Below, one piece after another: positions 1 to 8,906 of a stretch of DNA of 32,000 nt. Positions within the stretch are counted from its first letter, which is position 1. The number at the start of each line of letters is the position of its first letter. Under the pieces are notes generated by a model that was given only the letters and a program-made list of their open reading frames with translations, was not told the origin of the DNA and made no database searches. A program made the translations under genes and the position numbers. This stretch comes from Formosa sp. Hel1_33_131 (GTDB taxonomy: Bacteria > Bacteroidota > Bacteroidia > Flavobacteriales > Flavobacteriaceae). The DNA lies in assembly GCF_001735745.1 (NCBI RefSeq), contig NZ_CP017260.1, positions 1,860,001 to 1,892,000 on the forward strand, written 5' to 3'.

Positions 1-225
1 TTTGTCTAATAAAGATAATAGTTGTGGAAAGATTGAAATAGAAATCAATGTATTTCCTGACCATTGAGCTGCTTTAATTAAATCGGAACCTACTTCTAAT
101 TGCAGTTCTAAATCTTTCATAGATTGTGTTAATGCATAGGCTTTCTGTAAAAGTTCCGTTCTACGAGTCGACTCATCTTTGTAATGAGAAGCTTCACCCA
201 AAAGTTTATTTAAATCTGTTTTCAT
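1..225 (-). CDS. hypothetical protein, N-terminal part only (gene runs off the left edge)
   Basis: ATG at 223-225 on the minus strand, with an open frame to position 1 (MKTDLNKLLGEASHYKDESTRRTELLQKAYALTQSMKDLELQLEVGSD...). It starts 7 nt after the stop of the HSP90-like gene, so it is probably co-transcribed. No family is recognisable from 75 aa. Confidence 0.45.
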   Translation of the reverse strand, partial: MKTDLNKLLGEASHYKDESTRRTELLQKAYALTQSMKDLELQLEVGSDLIKAAQWSGNTLISISIFPQLLSLLDK

Positions 226-231
226 TGGTGT

Positions 232-1992
232 TTATGATTTAAGGTCAATTAAACGAACCATACTTTCTCCAATAATGTTTAATTCTTTTTTTGTAATAGG
301 ATGATGTCCCATCATTAGTGATTGAACATAAAGGATCTTGATAAATGTTTTTGTCAATTCAGCTTTCTTCTGGCGTGTTAATTTTTGGACCAATGAATTG
401 TTATAATTTAACACCAATTGTGCTATTGCAACAGGTTCTATTTCTTTGCTCAAATTATCCATAATATTTTTCCACGGCGTATCTTCTTCGGTTTCCTGCA
501 TATCTCTTAGTATTTTCATTTGGTCATTAATATGAAACAAACACGGAATATCATCGGGAGCAAATTTTTTCAATTGAAAAGTACAATTATAGGGCAGTAA
601 GGTCTCATTGCCCAAATCGACAAAATCGAAGAATTCATTTCGTTCCTCAAGACTTAATTCTTCAAAAATTTGAATCATATCATTGGCACTTACGGAACGT
701 ACAGGCCATTCTGGGAAACAGACACTTGCTTTTTCTAACAGTTCAATACAATAGGCATAACCGGCATTGATTAGATGTTTGTTTTGAGCAATTGCAATAG
801 GAATGAGCTGCCTGAATTCATCAACGTTGTCAACAAAATCTATATATTTTTGTGATTCAAAAAATGTAGGAAGCGTTATGTATCCCAATGTGCTAGGAAA
901 CTCTATAAAATTAATCATCAATCGGAAAAAATCTTCATTTTCAATGGCGAGCATCTTAATGGGATTGTGATGAATACTGATGAGTTTATTGAGTTTTTCG
1001 GGACTGTGTTTTGAAAGTTCTTTCAAATAACTTTTGAGTTGCTCTCCAAAATATTCTTTTGTTTGCATTAAGTTATCATCCTCATAAAACGATTCGCGAG
1101 AGGCTGTGGGTTTTAGAGTGTTTGTATTGATGATGCAATAGGCAAATACCGCCCAGTCAGGTAGTATGCTGGCTCCACTTTCGACTACCAACATATTTTT
1201 TAAATAAATGAGGTGGTTTTTTTTTGAGGATATCCCTGTTGAATAGGGTAAGATATAAGCAACCCCTGCGTTGCTATTATCAGGGTTATAAAGTGGCACG
1301 GCATCAAAAAAATCGATCTCAAAATGCTTAGCCCCCAATTCTAGTAATTTTTCTTTGGGGGTATTATTCGCAAAAGGATTGATCTCGGCATTTATTTTAT
1401 TAGATTTAGTCCCAACACTAAGCGTAGTTGGGAGGAATTGTCCGTAGTGGCGAACAATTTCTGTTAATGAATCTATTTCAAAAAAGGACGAAGGCTCTTT
1501 CGCTTTCAAATATACTTTTGTTCCTGTTTTTATCTTTTGCTTTATTTTTTTAAGGGTGTAAGTGCCATCATTTTTTCCGTGCCACTCTAATGCGTCTCCT
1601 CCTTTTGCGGATTGTGTGATTAGAACAATTTCATCAGTTACCATAAAGCAAGAGAGAATCCCGATGCCAAATTGCCCGATATAATCATTACGTTCAAAAT
1701 CAATTTTTTTTTGATTTCGTTTTAATGAAGACCCTATTTTTGCCAAGAATTGATGGATTTCATCTTCGGTAAGTCCCTGACCATTATCTTCTATACAAAT
1801 TTGAGGATGTTGATCGTCTTCAAAAATCTCAAAATGTATATGCCCTTGAATGTTTTCAGAGTTTTTACGCATCTGAATGGCATCTACTCCGTTTTGAATT
1901 AATTCTCGGATAAACACCTTTTCTTCACTATACAAATGATTGCCAAGGATGTCAATCATTCCTCCTAAATCTACTTGAAATGTATGTTTCAT
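232..1992 (-). CDS. HSP90-family (HtpG-like paralog) GHKL ATPase
   Basis: 586-aa ORF. Bergerat-fold motifs are readable in the translation: FIRELIQNGVDA (E..N..DA), EDNGQGLT (DxGxG) and GQFGIGILS (GxxGxG). The N-terminus resembles HtpG (..EIFLRELISNASDA..), but the protein is shorter than canonical HtpG (about 620-680 aa). Confidence 0.8.
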   Translation of the reverse strand: MKHTFQVDLGGMIDILGNHLYSEEKVFIRELIQNGVDAIQMRKNSENIQGHIHFEIFEDDQHPQICIEDNGQGLTEDEIHQFLAKIGSSLKRNQKKIDFERNDYIGQFGIGILSCFMVTDEIVLITQSAKGGDALEWHGKNDGTYTLKKIKQKIKTGTKVYLKAKEPSSFFEIDSLTEIVRHYGQFLPTTLSVGTKSNKINAEINPFANNTPKEKLLELGAKHFEIDFFDAVPLYNPDNSNAGVAYILPYSTGISSKKNHLIYLKNMLVVESGASILPDWAVFAYCIINTNTLKPTASRESFYEDDNLMQTKEYFGEQLKSYLKELSKHSPEKLNKLISIHHNPIKMLAIENEDFFRLMINFIEFPSTLGYITLPTFFESQKYIDFVDNVDEFRQLIPIAIAQNKHLINAGYAYCIELLEKASVCFPEWPVRSVSANDMIQIFEELSLEERNEFFDFVDLGNETLLPYNCTFQLKKFAPDDIPCLFHINDQMKILRDMQETEEDTPWKNIMDNLSKEIEPVAIAQLVLNYNNSLVQKLTRQKKAELTKTFIKILYVQSLMMGHHPITKKELNIIGESMVRLIDLKS

Positions 1993-1993
1993 A

Positions 1994-2485
1994 TTAACTT
2001 TTTTTCTTCTTTAGGTTCTGTTCAATTCTATTTGAACTCTTTTTAGGATTACGATTTTTTGATCTTTCATACCCTTTCGTTTTCTTTATGGATGATTTCC
2101 AGTCTAAAACTTGACGTTCAAATTTGTCCGTATCCTTAAAAGCACAAAGGTTTCCATCGGGGTCCAAAAACTTGGCGACTGTTCCCCATTCGTGCTCTTG
2201 ACAATCCACTTCTATATGATGATTTTCCAAAGTATTTACGTACGCTTTAACGTTTGTGACATTCATTCTCAAGCACGTTCGTGTTCGTCTATTTTCACAA
2301 GATTCCAACGGATTTTCATCCTTAATTTCAACCATTAAATAGGCACTTCCAAACTCAAAACAAGTGAGGGTATTTGTTTTAAAGAGGACATTCAGTTCAA
2401 GAATATTTTGGTAGAATCTCACACATTTTTGATAGTTAATGGTGTACAGTATGATACCTGTTCTATCGAAGTTTATTTGTTTTAT
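1994..2485 (-). CDS. VOC / glyoxalase-fold protein with a Lys/Arg-rich C-terminal tail; start codon unclear
   Basis: The track ORF 1994..2422 starts at a GTG, but the frame stays open upstream to a TAA at 2486-2488. That upstream stretch encodes IKQINFDRTGIILYTINYQKC, which looks like the first beta-strand of the fold. GTVAKFLDPDGNLCAFKD is a typical VOC C-terminal strand. The first codon after the upstream stop is ATA (2483-2485). The stop lies 1 nt before the HSP90-like ATG. Confidence 0.55.
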   Translation of the reverse strand: MKQINFDRTGIILYTINYQKCVRFYQNILELNVLFKTNTLTCFEFGSAYLMVEIKDENPLESCENRRTRTCLRMNVTNVKAYVNTLENHHIEVDCQEHEWGTVAKFLDPDGNLCAFKDTDKFERQVLDWKSSIKKTKGYERSKNRNPKKSSNRIEQNLKKKKS

Positions 2486-2507
2486 TTACGAGGGGTTTTG
2501 TAGGTTA

Positions 2508-3767
2508 TTATCGAACAATGATTTTTTTAGTATGTACTGAATTACCATCTCCAATTTTTACAAAATAAATTCCTTTTTGAACATTGGAAATGTCTATTTC
2601 GTTTGTAGTTTGTATTGAGTTTGTTTTAGTAAGTATTTTTTCGCCAAGTATATTGAAAATTTCTATATCGGTTCTGTTGGTGGTATTATAATTAATTTTA
2701 AATTTTCCATTATTTGGATTTGGATACAATACAAATTGATTCTTATCCACAAAATCATTTTCCCCTAACGTAATTATATCCCTTTTCCAAACTCCGCAAT
2801 CGGTTCCTGCAAACATTTTGGTGGAAGTAAAAGCCAATGAACGAACATTGATTTGGTTGCAAAACCAATTCCCTGAACTATCTTGAAACCCTTGATTAAA
2901 TGAAGACCAGGTTATGCCGTTATCGCTCGACACTAATATTCCTTGTCCTTCAGTTCCAGCAAAAACAGTGTTTCCATCGTTAAAAACAACATAGACAGGT
3001 TTGTTTGCAAAAACACTTGTGTTTGATTGAATCCAATTGACTCCATTATTTATTGAACGATACAAGACAGGAAGACCTGAAGTATTTCCTGCATAAATAG
3101 TAGAACCGCCTACATCTAATGCATTAATATAGTCCGAAGAAGTTGGCATTGTTGATGAGGTCAAACTCCAGTTTGGACTGTTGGTTGGTGAACTCCAAAC
3201 ACCTTCAGCGTAAGTTCCTGCGTAAATTGTAGTTCCTTTTATTTTTAAAGACACAGTATCTAACAAGTTTGAAGATACAGTCAGGCCAGTGTTAAAAGAA
3301 GTCCAACTTGTGGTACTTAGGGTACTTAATGGGGACGCGAATACGCCATCACCAGCAGTACCTGCAAAAATAGTTATTCCATTATGAGCTAAACGTATAT
3401 TTGAAGATGGGCTAATTCCACTCGGGGAAACATCCGTCCAATTCAAACCATTATCAGAGGTTTTATAGATGTGACCATTGTCTGTGCCTACAAAAATATC
3501 AGACCCATTTACAACCATAGACATGATTTGCATATTAGGAAATGCACCATTTCTTTGTACCCATGTAGTACCGTCATCACTTGAGAAATAAACACCATCA
3601 CTTACCGTCCCAGCAAAAAGACTAGCTCCTATAGTTTCCATTGCCCAAATACTTCCTCCTGGCGGTGTGGTTGTCTGTGTCCACTGAGATTGTGAATTAG
3701 TTTTGTTGTTCCAGCCTAATATAACGAGCATACTTATAACGAGTGTTTTAGAGAGTTTTGTTTTCAT
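2508..3767 (-). CDS. secreted BNR/Asp-box beta-propeller protein with a T9SS type-A C-terminal sorting domain
   Basis: N-terminal signal peptide. Repeated SxDxGxTW-like boxes (SSDDGTTW, TSDNGLNW, SINNGVNW, SSDNGITW). The C-terminus ..LYPNPNNGKFKINY...GIYFVKIGDGNSVHTKKIIVR is typical of T9SS C-terminal domains. Confidence 0.75.
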   Translation of the reverse strand: MKTKLSKTLVISMLVILGWNNKTNSQSQWTQTTTPPGGSIWAMETIGASLFAGTVSDGVYFSSDDGTTWVQRNGAFPNMQIMSMVVNGSDIFVGTDNGHIYKTSDNGLNWTDVSPSGISPSSNIRLAHNGITIFAGTAGDGVFASPLSTLSTTSWTSFNTGLTVSSNLLDTVSLKIKGTTIYAGTYAEGVWSSPTNSPNWSLTSSTMPTSSDYINALDVGGSTIYAGNTSGLPVLYRSINNGVNWIQSNTSVFANKPVYVVFNDGNTVFAGTEGQGILVSSDNGITWSSFNQGFQDSSGNWFCNQINVRSLAFTSTKMFAGTDCGVWKRDIITLGENDFVDKNQFVLYPNPNNGKFKINYNTTNRTDIEIFNILGEKILTKTNSIQTTNEIDISNVQKGIYFVKIGDGNSVHTKKIIVR

Positions 3768-3825
3768 AGTTTGAGTTTTAATAGGGGGTTAGAATTGACT
3801 GTCATGTCGGTTTGATAATAATTAG

Positions 3826-5328
3826 CTACTCCAAAATCATGAATGTTTTTTTTCTTTTTCCAGAGCTCATCATAATAAATTTGTTGCTTTTGTAAGTTCC
3901 GTAATAGGGATAATAATAGGCGTTGCCCTTGTTGTTTTGTATTTTGTTGTAGGACACATCACCATTAACCGCATATTCAATATCATACAATGATGAGGAC
4001 TCAAACCATCCTTTTGATACTTTTGTTCTGCCATCATTCTTCTTAGTTAAGTTCTTCCCAGAATTTAAAATAACGTGTAGTTGATCGTTTTTTAAAAACA
4101 CATTATAGGAAGGGGAGTTTGCTCTTTTAAACACACTTCTGCCCCAAGCTAAATCGCCATCAGAATTAAATTTTAAAATCAAAATATCGTCATAATGATA
4201 CACTCTTTGAGTGTGACCACCTGTCATCATTGGTCCAGCTGAATGCACATAATGTTGTGTGACGTAAAACTCTTCGGCAATTAAGTAAGTGTCCCCATTG
4301 CTATTTTTTAGCACATAGTCTATGTCAAAATTAAAGAGCTCTTTCTTTTTTTTATTTTTTCGCTGCGCCGTTCTGTAACCATACAGATCTTCATAGACTT
4401 GCTTTGGTAAGTCTTCTGATTTTTTTGTTTTCACACTAAAGTTATCGGTATCAATCAGAAAATTACACCCCCCTTTGATCCTGCCCACATTTAATTCTGA
4501 ATAAAAACCGATTAAATGCAGTTCATTATTGATATTAGAAATGCTTAAAGATTTAATATGTATTTTCTTTAAATTAAGTTTCAGTGGGGTGTTTTTAATT
4601 TTCGTTATTTTGTTTAATATAAACTGATAATTAGCTTTGCCTCCCTTTTTCTCTCCTCTCCCTTTTATAAATAACTTACCTAAGGAGTACACGTTTGCGT
4701 CGTTATCTACATATAAATCGTTGTGTTCAAAAACGCGTTTTACGCCTTCTTGATAGGCTTTTTTGAAAATTAGTTTTTCGGTTTTTGCATCAAATACTCG
4801 AATGGTATAGGAGTTTTTATTTTTTCGAATGTTATCGGTTGCAATAGCAAAATAATTACCGTTAGGGGATAAGGAAAAACTGGTGTTATGGTTTTTTCTT
4901 GAGCCAAATAAACTTTGTTTTTTTTCAACATTGGTTTTAAAGACAACAGTTTTAGTATAAGCTTTTGAGTCTAAATTTAAGGTATGGCAGTACAGGATAC
5001 GCTCGTCTTTTTTTGGTGCATACACAGTAAATAATTTGAGTTGATTGTTGTAAAACAAATCGCCTACATGTTTTTCCTTTCGGTCAATTTTCACATCTTT
5101 TGAGTCTGTTTTTTTGAGCTTGACATCAAAAATGTCAAATAGAAAATTTCTTTTACTACTTCTAACAATTGCTGTTTTTCCAGAGTCTGAAGTATAGATA
5201 GCAATCACCTCGTCAGATTTAACTTTGTCTTTGTATTCTGCGCTTTCGCTTACTTTTAGGTTAGTGGCGGATTGTGCTAAGACATAATTTGAAATTGTCA
5301 ATACACAAATGATGAATAGTTTTTTCAT
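3826..5328 (-). CDS. secreted hypothetical protein
   Basis: 500-aa ORF with signal peptide MKKLFIICVLTISNYVLAQ. No family recognised. Confidence 0.6.
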   Translation of the reverse strand: MKKLFIICVLTISNYVLAQSATNLKVSESAEYKDKVKSDEVIAIYTSDSGKTAIVRSSKRNFLFDIFDVKLKKTDSKDVKIDRKEKHVGDLFYNNQLKLFTVYAPKKDERILYCHTLNLDSKAYTKTVVFKTNVEKKQSLFGSRKNHNTSFSLSPNGNYFAIATDNIRKNKNSYTIRVFDAKTEKLIFKKAYQEGVKRVFEHNDLYVDNDANVYSLGKLFIKGRGEKKGGKANYQFILNKITKIKNTPLKLNLKKIHIKSLSISNINNELHLIGFYSELNVGRIKGGCNFLIDTDNFSVKTKKSEDLPKQVYEDLYGYRTAQRKNKKKKELFNFDIDYVLKNSNGDTYLIAEEFYVTQHYVHSAGPMMTGGHTQRVYHYDDILILKFNSDGDLAWGRSVFKRANSPSYNVFLKNDQLHVILNSGKNLTKKNDGRTKVSKGWFESSSLYDIEYAVNGDVSYNKIQNNKGNAYYYPYYGTYKSNKFIMMSSGKRKKTFMILE

Positions 5329-5375
5329 GAGTTTATGTTTATTTAGAGGGTATGTATTTCCGTTTTGAACTTTTG

Positions 5376-5807
5376 TTACCTCATTTCTTCTTTTTTTCTA
5401 AATACCATATTTATTCTGTATTTAGCTTGACTTCCAAAAACTTCTATGTCGTCACCTCCACCCACGCCAAGAGATCCAGCGGATGCATTATAAGAATCTA
5501 CATATTCAAAGCCTAGTTTAGACATTGCATTCAGTAAATCCGTCTGATTTCTTATTTTAAGTTTTTTTCTATTTTGAAGTAATGATTCCAATTCGCTTAA
5601 AACATCAGCATACTTAGATTTTTTGTAATCAATTGAAATGTCAATTCCTCCTAAAAGTTTTGTGTTTTCAGACGTAACCACAATGTACTCTGGGAGTTGT
5701 TCTACATTAACAGAAGAACGGGTTTCTGATGTTAATTCTTGGGCTCCTAATCCAGATGAGAGGATCAGAATAATGACGAGTAATACATTTGTTTTCATTT
5801 TTTTCAT
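5376..5807 (-). CDS. small secreted hypothetical protein
   Basis: 143-aa ORF with a signal peptide (..LVIILILSSGLGAQ). No family recognised. Confidence 0.55.
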   Translation of the reverse strand: MKKMKTNVLLVIILILSSGLGAQELTSETRSSVNVEQLPEYIVVTSENTKLLGGIDISIDYKKSKYADVLSELESLLQNRKKLKIRNQTDLLNAMSKLGFEYVDSYNASAGSLGVGGGDDIEVFGSQAKYRINMVFRKKEEMR

Positions 5808-5827
5808 AGTTTTTGTTTTTATTGTTT

Positions 5828-6589
5828 TTATCTCAAGTCTTTCTCAACCATTTCTAACAATACGTGAATATTTTTTTCCAATTCAACGTAAATTTCCTCA
5901 TGGAGTGTGCTTCCAGTTACTAAATATATGATCAACAAATTTTCAAAATGTTGAGATTTTAAAAGTAATTTGTTGCTGTTGTTTTTTTTAGACGTAATAG
6001 CTTTTGCCCATTCTGAGAGTCCTTCGTCATCCATTAAAGTCCTGATGTCACCATGTTCTAGAATACAATTTTTAATTGCTTGCCTTATGGAGTGAAATTC
6101 CTGTTCTTCCCTCCTTACATTCGTCATAATTCCATCCCAAGATGAAATTTTATTTTTTATTTTTTTACTTGAAATATCGATGATCCCGCCGGAGTTTAAT
6201 AATTCAGTAAACACTCCATTTTCGTAATTCAATACAATCTCGTTAGAAAATGCTTGATTCAATAAATGAGAAAGTTTTTTTTCATCCAACAGATGAAATT
6301 CTCTATTAATTAACCTAACAAGATTTCTTTGCCCTTCTAAAGAAAGGGTCAATTTTTTCTTTTCCAGCTCAATGATTTTGAGATTATTCGTGAGTTCATT
6401 TTTAATTGAAATCAAATATTCTTGTTCCCTTTCCTCTGTTTTGTTTTTTTCATTTATATTATTTATTTGTAGGGCAATTAATATACCAATTACAAGTAAT
6501 ATAATTTCTCCTATCGCATAAATAATATAGTTTGAAACTTTATTTTCAGAGACCAGTTTTTGTCGTGCTTTTCTAAGAATTTTAGTCAT
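5828..6589 (-). CDS. single-pass membrane protein, DUF6090-like
   Basis: The N-terminus ..RKARQKLVSENKVSNYIIYAIGEIILLVIGILIALQINN matches the conserved N-terminal helix I recall for the flavobacterial DUF6090 family. Its start overlaps the stop of the upstream DJ-1/PfpI gene by 8 nt (ATGACTAA). Confidence 0.55.
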   Translation of the reverse strand: MTKILRKARQKLVSENKVSNYIIYAIGEIILLVIGILIALQINNINEKNKTEEREQEYLISIKNELTNNLKIIELEKKKLTLSLEGQRNLVRLINREFHLLDEKKLSHLLNQAFSNEIVLNYENGVFTELLNSGGIIDISSKKIKNKISSWDGIMTNVRREEQEFHSIRQAIKNCILEHGDIRTLMDDEGLSEWAKAITSKKNNSNKLLLKSQHFENLLIIYLVTGSTLHEEIYVELEKNIHVLLEMVEKDLR

Positions 6590-7385
6590 TTGCTTTTCTA
6601 GATATTTTTTGTTTTAATAAAACCAAGGCACTTTGCGCCGCTTCGATACCTCCTTTTTGATTTTGTCCTGTTACAATGAGATGCTTTTTATCGACGACGA
6701 TGTGACTTTTGAACATATCAATCAGCCCACTTTTATATTCATAGTTTGCATTTGCATTTTTCAATTCTGTTTCAGGGTGTTTTGGTGTATTTCCGACCAT
6801 TAGTTCTTTTAATTGTTTATTTGTCACTGCTGTGATGTTTACATTTTCAACCAGCGCAGACCCATCTGGTTTTGTGGCGCCAATAAAACCCAATGCTCCA
6901 TGACAAACGGCTCCTAAGACTGTTTTGGAGGCGTAAGCTTGACTAATGATAAATCCTAATTTATCAGATTGTGCAAAGTCATAAGCGGCACCCCAACCTC
7001 CCGATAAAAACACAATATCATAATCCTCTATATTGATCTCCGAAATAGATTTTGAATGGCTCACCTTTTCCTGAAACACAGGGTCTTTCAAAAACCGACG
7101 GTCTTCTTTGGTGCGGACGAGGGGTTGTAGGGATAGTTTTTCTATCGGTATTTTGCCTCCTTTTATACTTGAAATGTCCACCTCCATCTGGGCGTCTAAA
7201 AATGTATAATAAGCCTCGGTCATTTCTGAGGCATACACGCCAGTGGGCTTTCCTACCTTTAATAATGTAGCGGTTTTTTGGTCAATCTTATCTAGTGTGG
7301 CTTGGCTTGTTGTGATGATGACCGCTTTATAACCTTTTAAGTTATACGCTTTTCTACTCACATTCGATTTGTGTGGTAATTTCAT
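6582..7385 (-). CDS. DJ-1/PfpI-type class I glutamine amidotransferase-like protein
   Basis: 267-aa ORF with the nucleophile-elbow context LGAVCHGALGF and the overall layout of type 1 glutamine amidotransferase-like proteins. Confidence 0.75.
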   Translation of the reverse strand: MKLPHKSNVSRKAYNLKGYKAVIITTSQATLDKIDQKTATLLKVGKPTGVYASEMTEAYYTFLDAQMEVDISSIKGGKIPIEKLSLQPLVRTKEDRRFLKDPVFQEKVSHSKSISEINIEDYDIVFLSGGWGAAYDFAQSDKLGFIISQAYASKTVLGAVCHGALGFIGATKPDGSALVENVNITAVTNKQLKELMVGNTPKHPETELKNANANYEYKSGLIDMFKSHIVVDKKHLIVTGQNQKGGIEAAQSALVLLKQKISRKAND

Positions 7386-7390
7386 GTGTT

Positions 7391-7771
7391 TTAATTTTTA
7401 TTGTTTTTTTCCACTCGTAAAACCGTCTCCATCTTACGGCCTCTCGCTAATTCATCGACTAGCTTGTCTAAATACCGCACTTTTGTGTTAATGGATTTTC
7501 GATTTCTTCAATTCTGTAACCACAAATCGCGCCCCTGATCAGTTGTGCATTTGGGTTTAAAGAAGCGTTCTGAAAGAAATCTTCAAAAGTCACCTTTTCT
7601 TTTATGAGCGTTTCTATTCTAGGTTCATCATATCCTGTCAACCAAGTAATCACCTGATGCAACTCTTCTTTGGTTCTTCTTTTTTTTTTCAACTTTTGTA
7701 ACATAATGAGGATATACGGAGGCAAAAATCATGTTTGCAATCCGTGCATCATGATGGCTTGTTGTACTCAT
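7391..7771 (-). pseudogene. DUF2200-family gene interrupted by two homopolymer frameshifts
   Basis: The N-terminal piece from the ATG at 7771 (MSTTSHHDARIANMIFASVYPHYVTKVEKK) and the C-terminal piece (VRYLDKLVDELARGRKMETVLRVEKNNKN, stop at 7391-7393) share one frame. The family-like middle (RRTKEELHQVITWLTGYDE...ICGYRIEEIENPLTQK, track ORF 7468..7725) is in another frame. The switches fall at the T10 run 7680-7689 and the T4 run 7481-7484. Confidence 0.6.
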
Positions 7772-7800
7772 GCCGTTTGTTTTACTAGTTATATTTACGT

Positions 7801-8865
7801 CTATTCAAAGCCTTTTGAAATCACCCCTTCTGCGAGTTTTCCTTGGGGTGTAAAATCTAAATTCAGAGTACTATCACTCTCTGAATAATCACTTCTTAAT
7901 TGCCAAATATGGACGCCTTCAAACCAGTCTTTGTCCCAAACTTGACTAAAAAATGCTTTGTAGCAATTGGCTTGTGTCTCATAAGAAACGAGGTCTTTAG
8001 GGTTGGAATAATTTTCTATCCACTCCCATGGTTTTATGGCACTGTCCGCAGTACTTTTATACCCCATCTCTGTAAAGAGAATCTTTCGATTGTATTTTTT
8101 ATGAACCTGTTCTATAGAAAGGAGGTGTTTTTGCCATCCTTCAGAGATTTGTTCCACACTCGGATAGGTGTTTTTTGTCAATGGAAAATACGCTTGAATT
8201 CCGATGTAATCTAAGTCTTTCCAAAACGTAATTTTTTCAAACTCGTTTCTCCAGTTAGCAGCATAGGTGAGTTTGCCAGAATATATGTGTCTGATATCTT
8301 TTATAAGAGTCTCCCAAAATTCAGATTTCTCTGCGGTTAAGCGTGACAATTCTGTCCCAATACAAAACAATTCGACATTGTTTTTTTTAGCAATTTTAGC
8401 ATAGAATAATATAAACTTTCGATAATTCTTTTGCCACAAATCCCAATTGTCTTCATTGGTTGGAAAAATATCAGAACGCCATTTTCCTTCCGAGGGGTTG
8501 TGCATCCAAATGTGGGGTTTCAGAAACACCTTTAACCCCAGTGCATGTGCAACCTGTATTTGATGACTCCAAACCGAATCTCTACGATCGAGTTCCAAAC
8601 GGTTTCCTCTATGATAAACGAGATTAGGACTGTCCTCGTTTTTTTGTCCACTGTACGGAACTATCGTAATCCAATTGTAATTATTTTTCACAAAAGGCTG
8701 TAAGTTTGTAGCATTAAGAGACCCAAACACATGCGCCCCTTTTTGTTTGTCATTGGACTGATCTGAGCTGGAAATGAAACCGATTGAAAACACTATTAAA
8801 AACCCTGCGATTGCGATTTGCAAAAGGGTTCTAAATTGTGATTGTTTTACGTTTTTGCGTTTCAT
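7801..8865 (-). CDS. membrane-anchored or secreted TIM-barrel glycoside hydrolase, clan GH-A-like (GH113/GH5-like)
   Basis: 354-aa ORF with an N-terminal hydrophobic anchor. The candidate acid/base and nucleophile contexts CIGTELS and LFTEMGYKS are spaced as in (beta/alpha)8 clan GH-A enzymes. The exact family was not verified. Confidence 0.6.
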   Translation of the reverse strand: MKRKNVKQSQFRTLLQIAIAGFLIVFSIGFISSSDQSNDKQKGAHVFGSLNATNLQPFVKNNYNWITIVPYSGQKNEDSPNLVYHRGNRLELDRRDSVWSHQIQVAHALGLKVFLKPHIWMHNPSEGKWRSDIFPTNEDNWDLWQKNYRKFILFYAKIAKKNNVELFCIGTELSRLTAEKSEFWETLIKDIRHIYSGKLTYAANWRNEFEKITFWKDLDYIGIQAYFPLTKNTYPSVEQISEGWQKHLLSIEQVHKKYNRKILFTEMGYKSTADSAIKPWEWIENYSNPKDLVSYETQANCYKAFFSQVWDKDWFEGVHIWQLRSDYSESDSTLNLDFTPQGKLAEGVISKGFE

Positions 8866-8906
8866 TTTAGATTAATTTTATTACAATATTTGTGTATTTT
8901 TCACCT

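Noticed and set aside
6582-6589. 8-nt overlap (ATGACTAA) between the DJ-1/PfpI gene and the DUF6090-like gene as a sign of a functional system
   Set aside because: Short start/stop overlaps are routine in co-directional bacterial gene arrays, and I know of no conserved linkage between the two families. It is noted in the features only.
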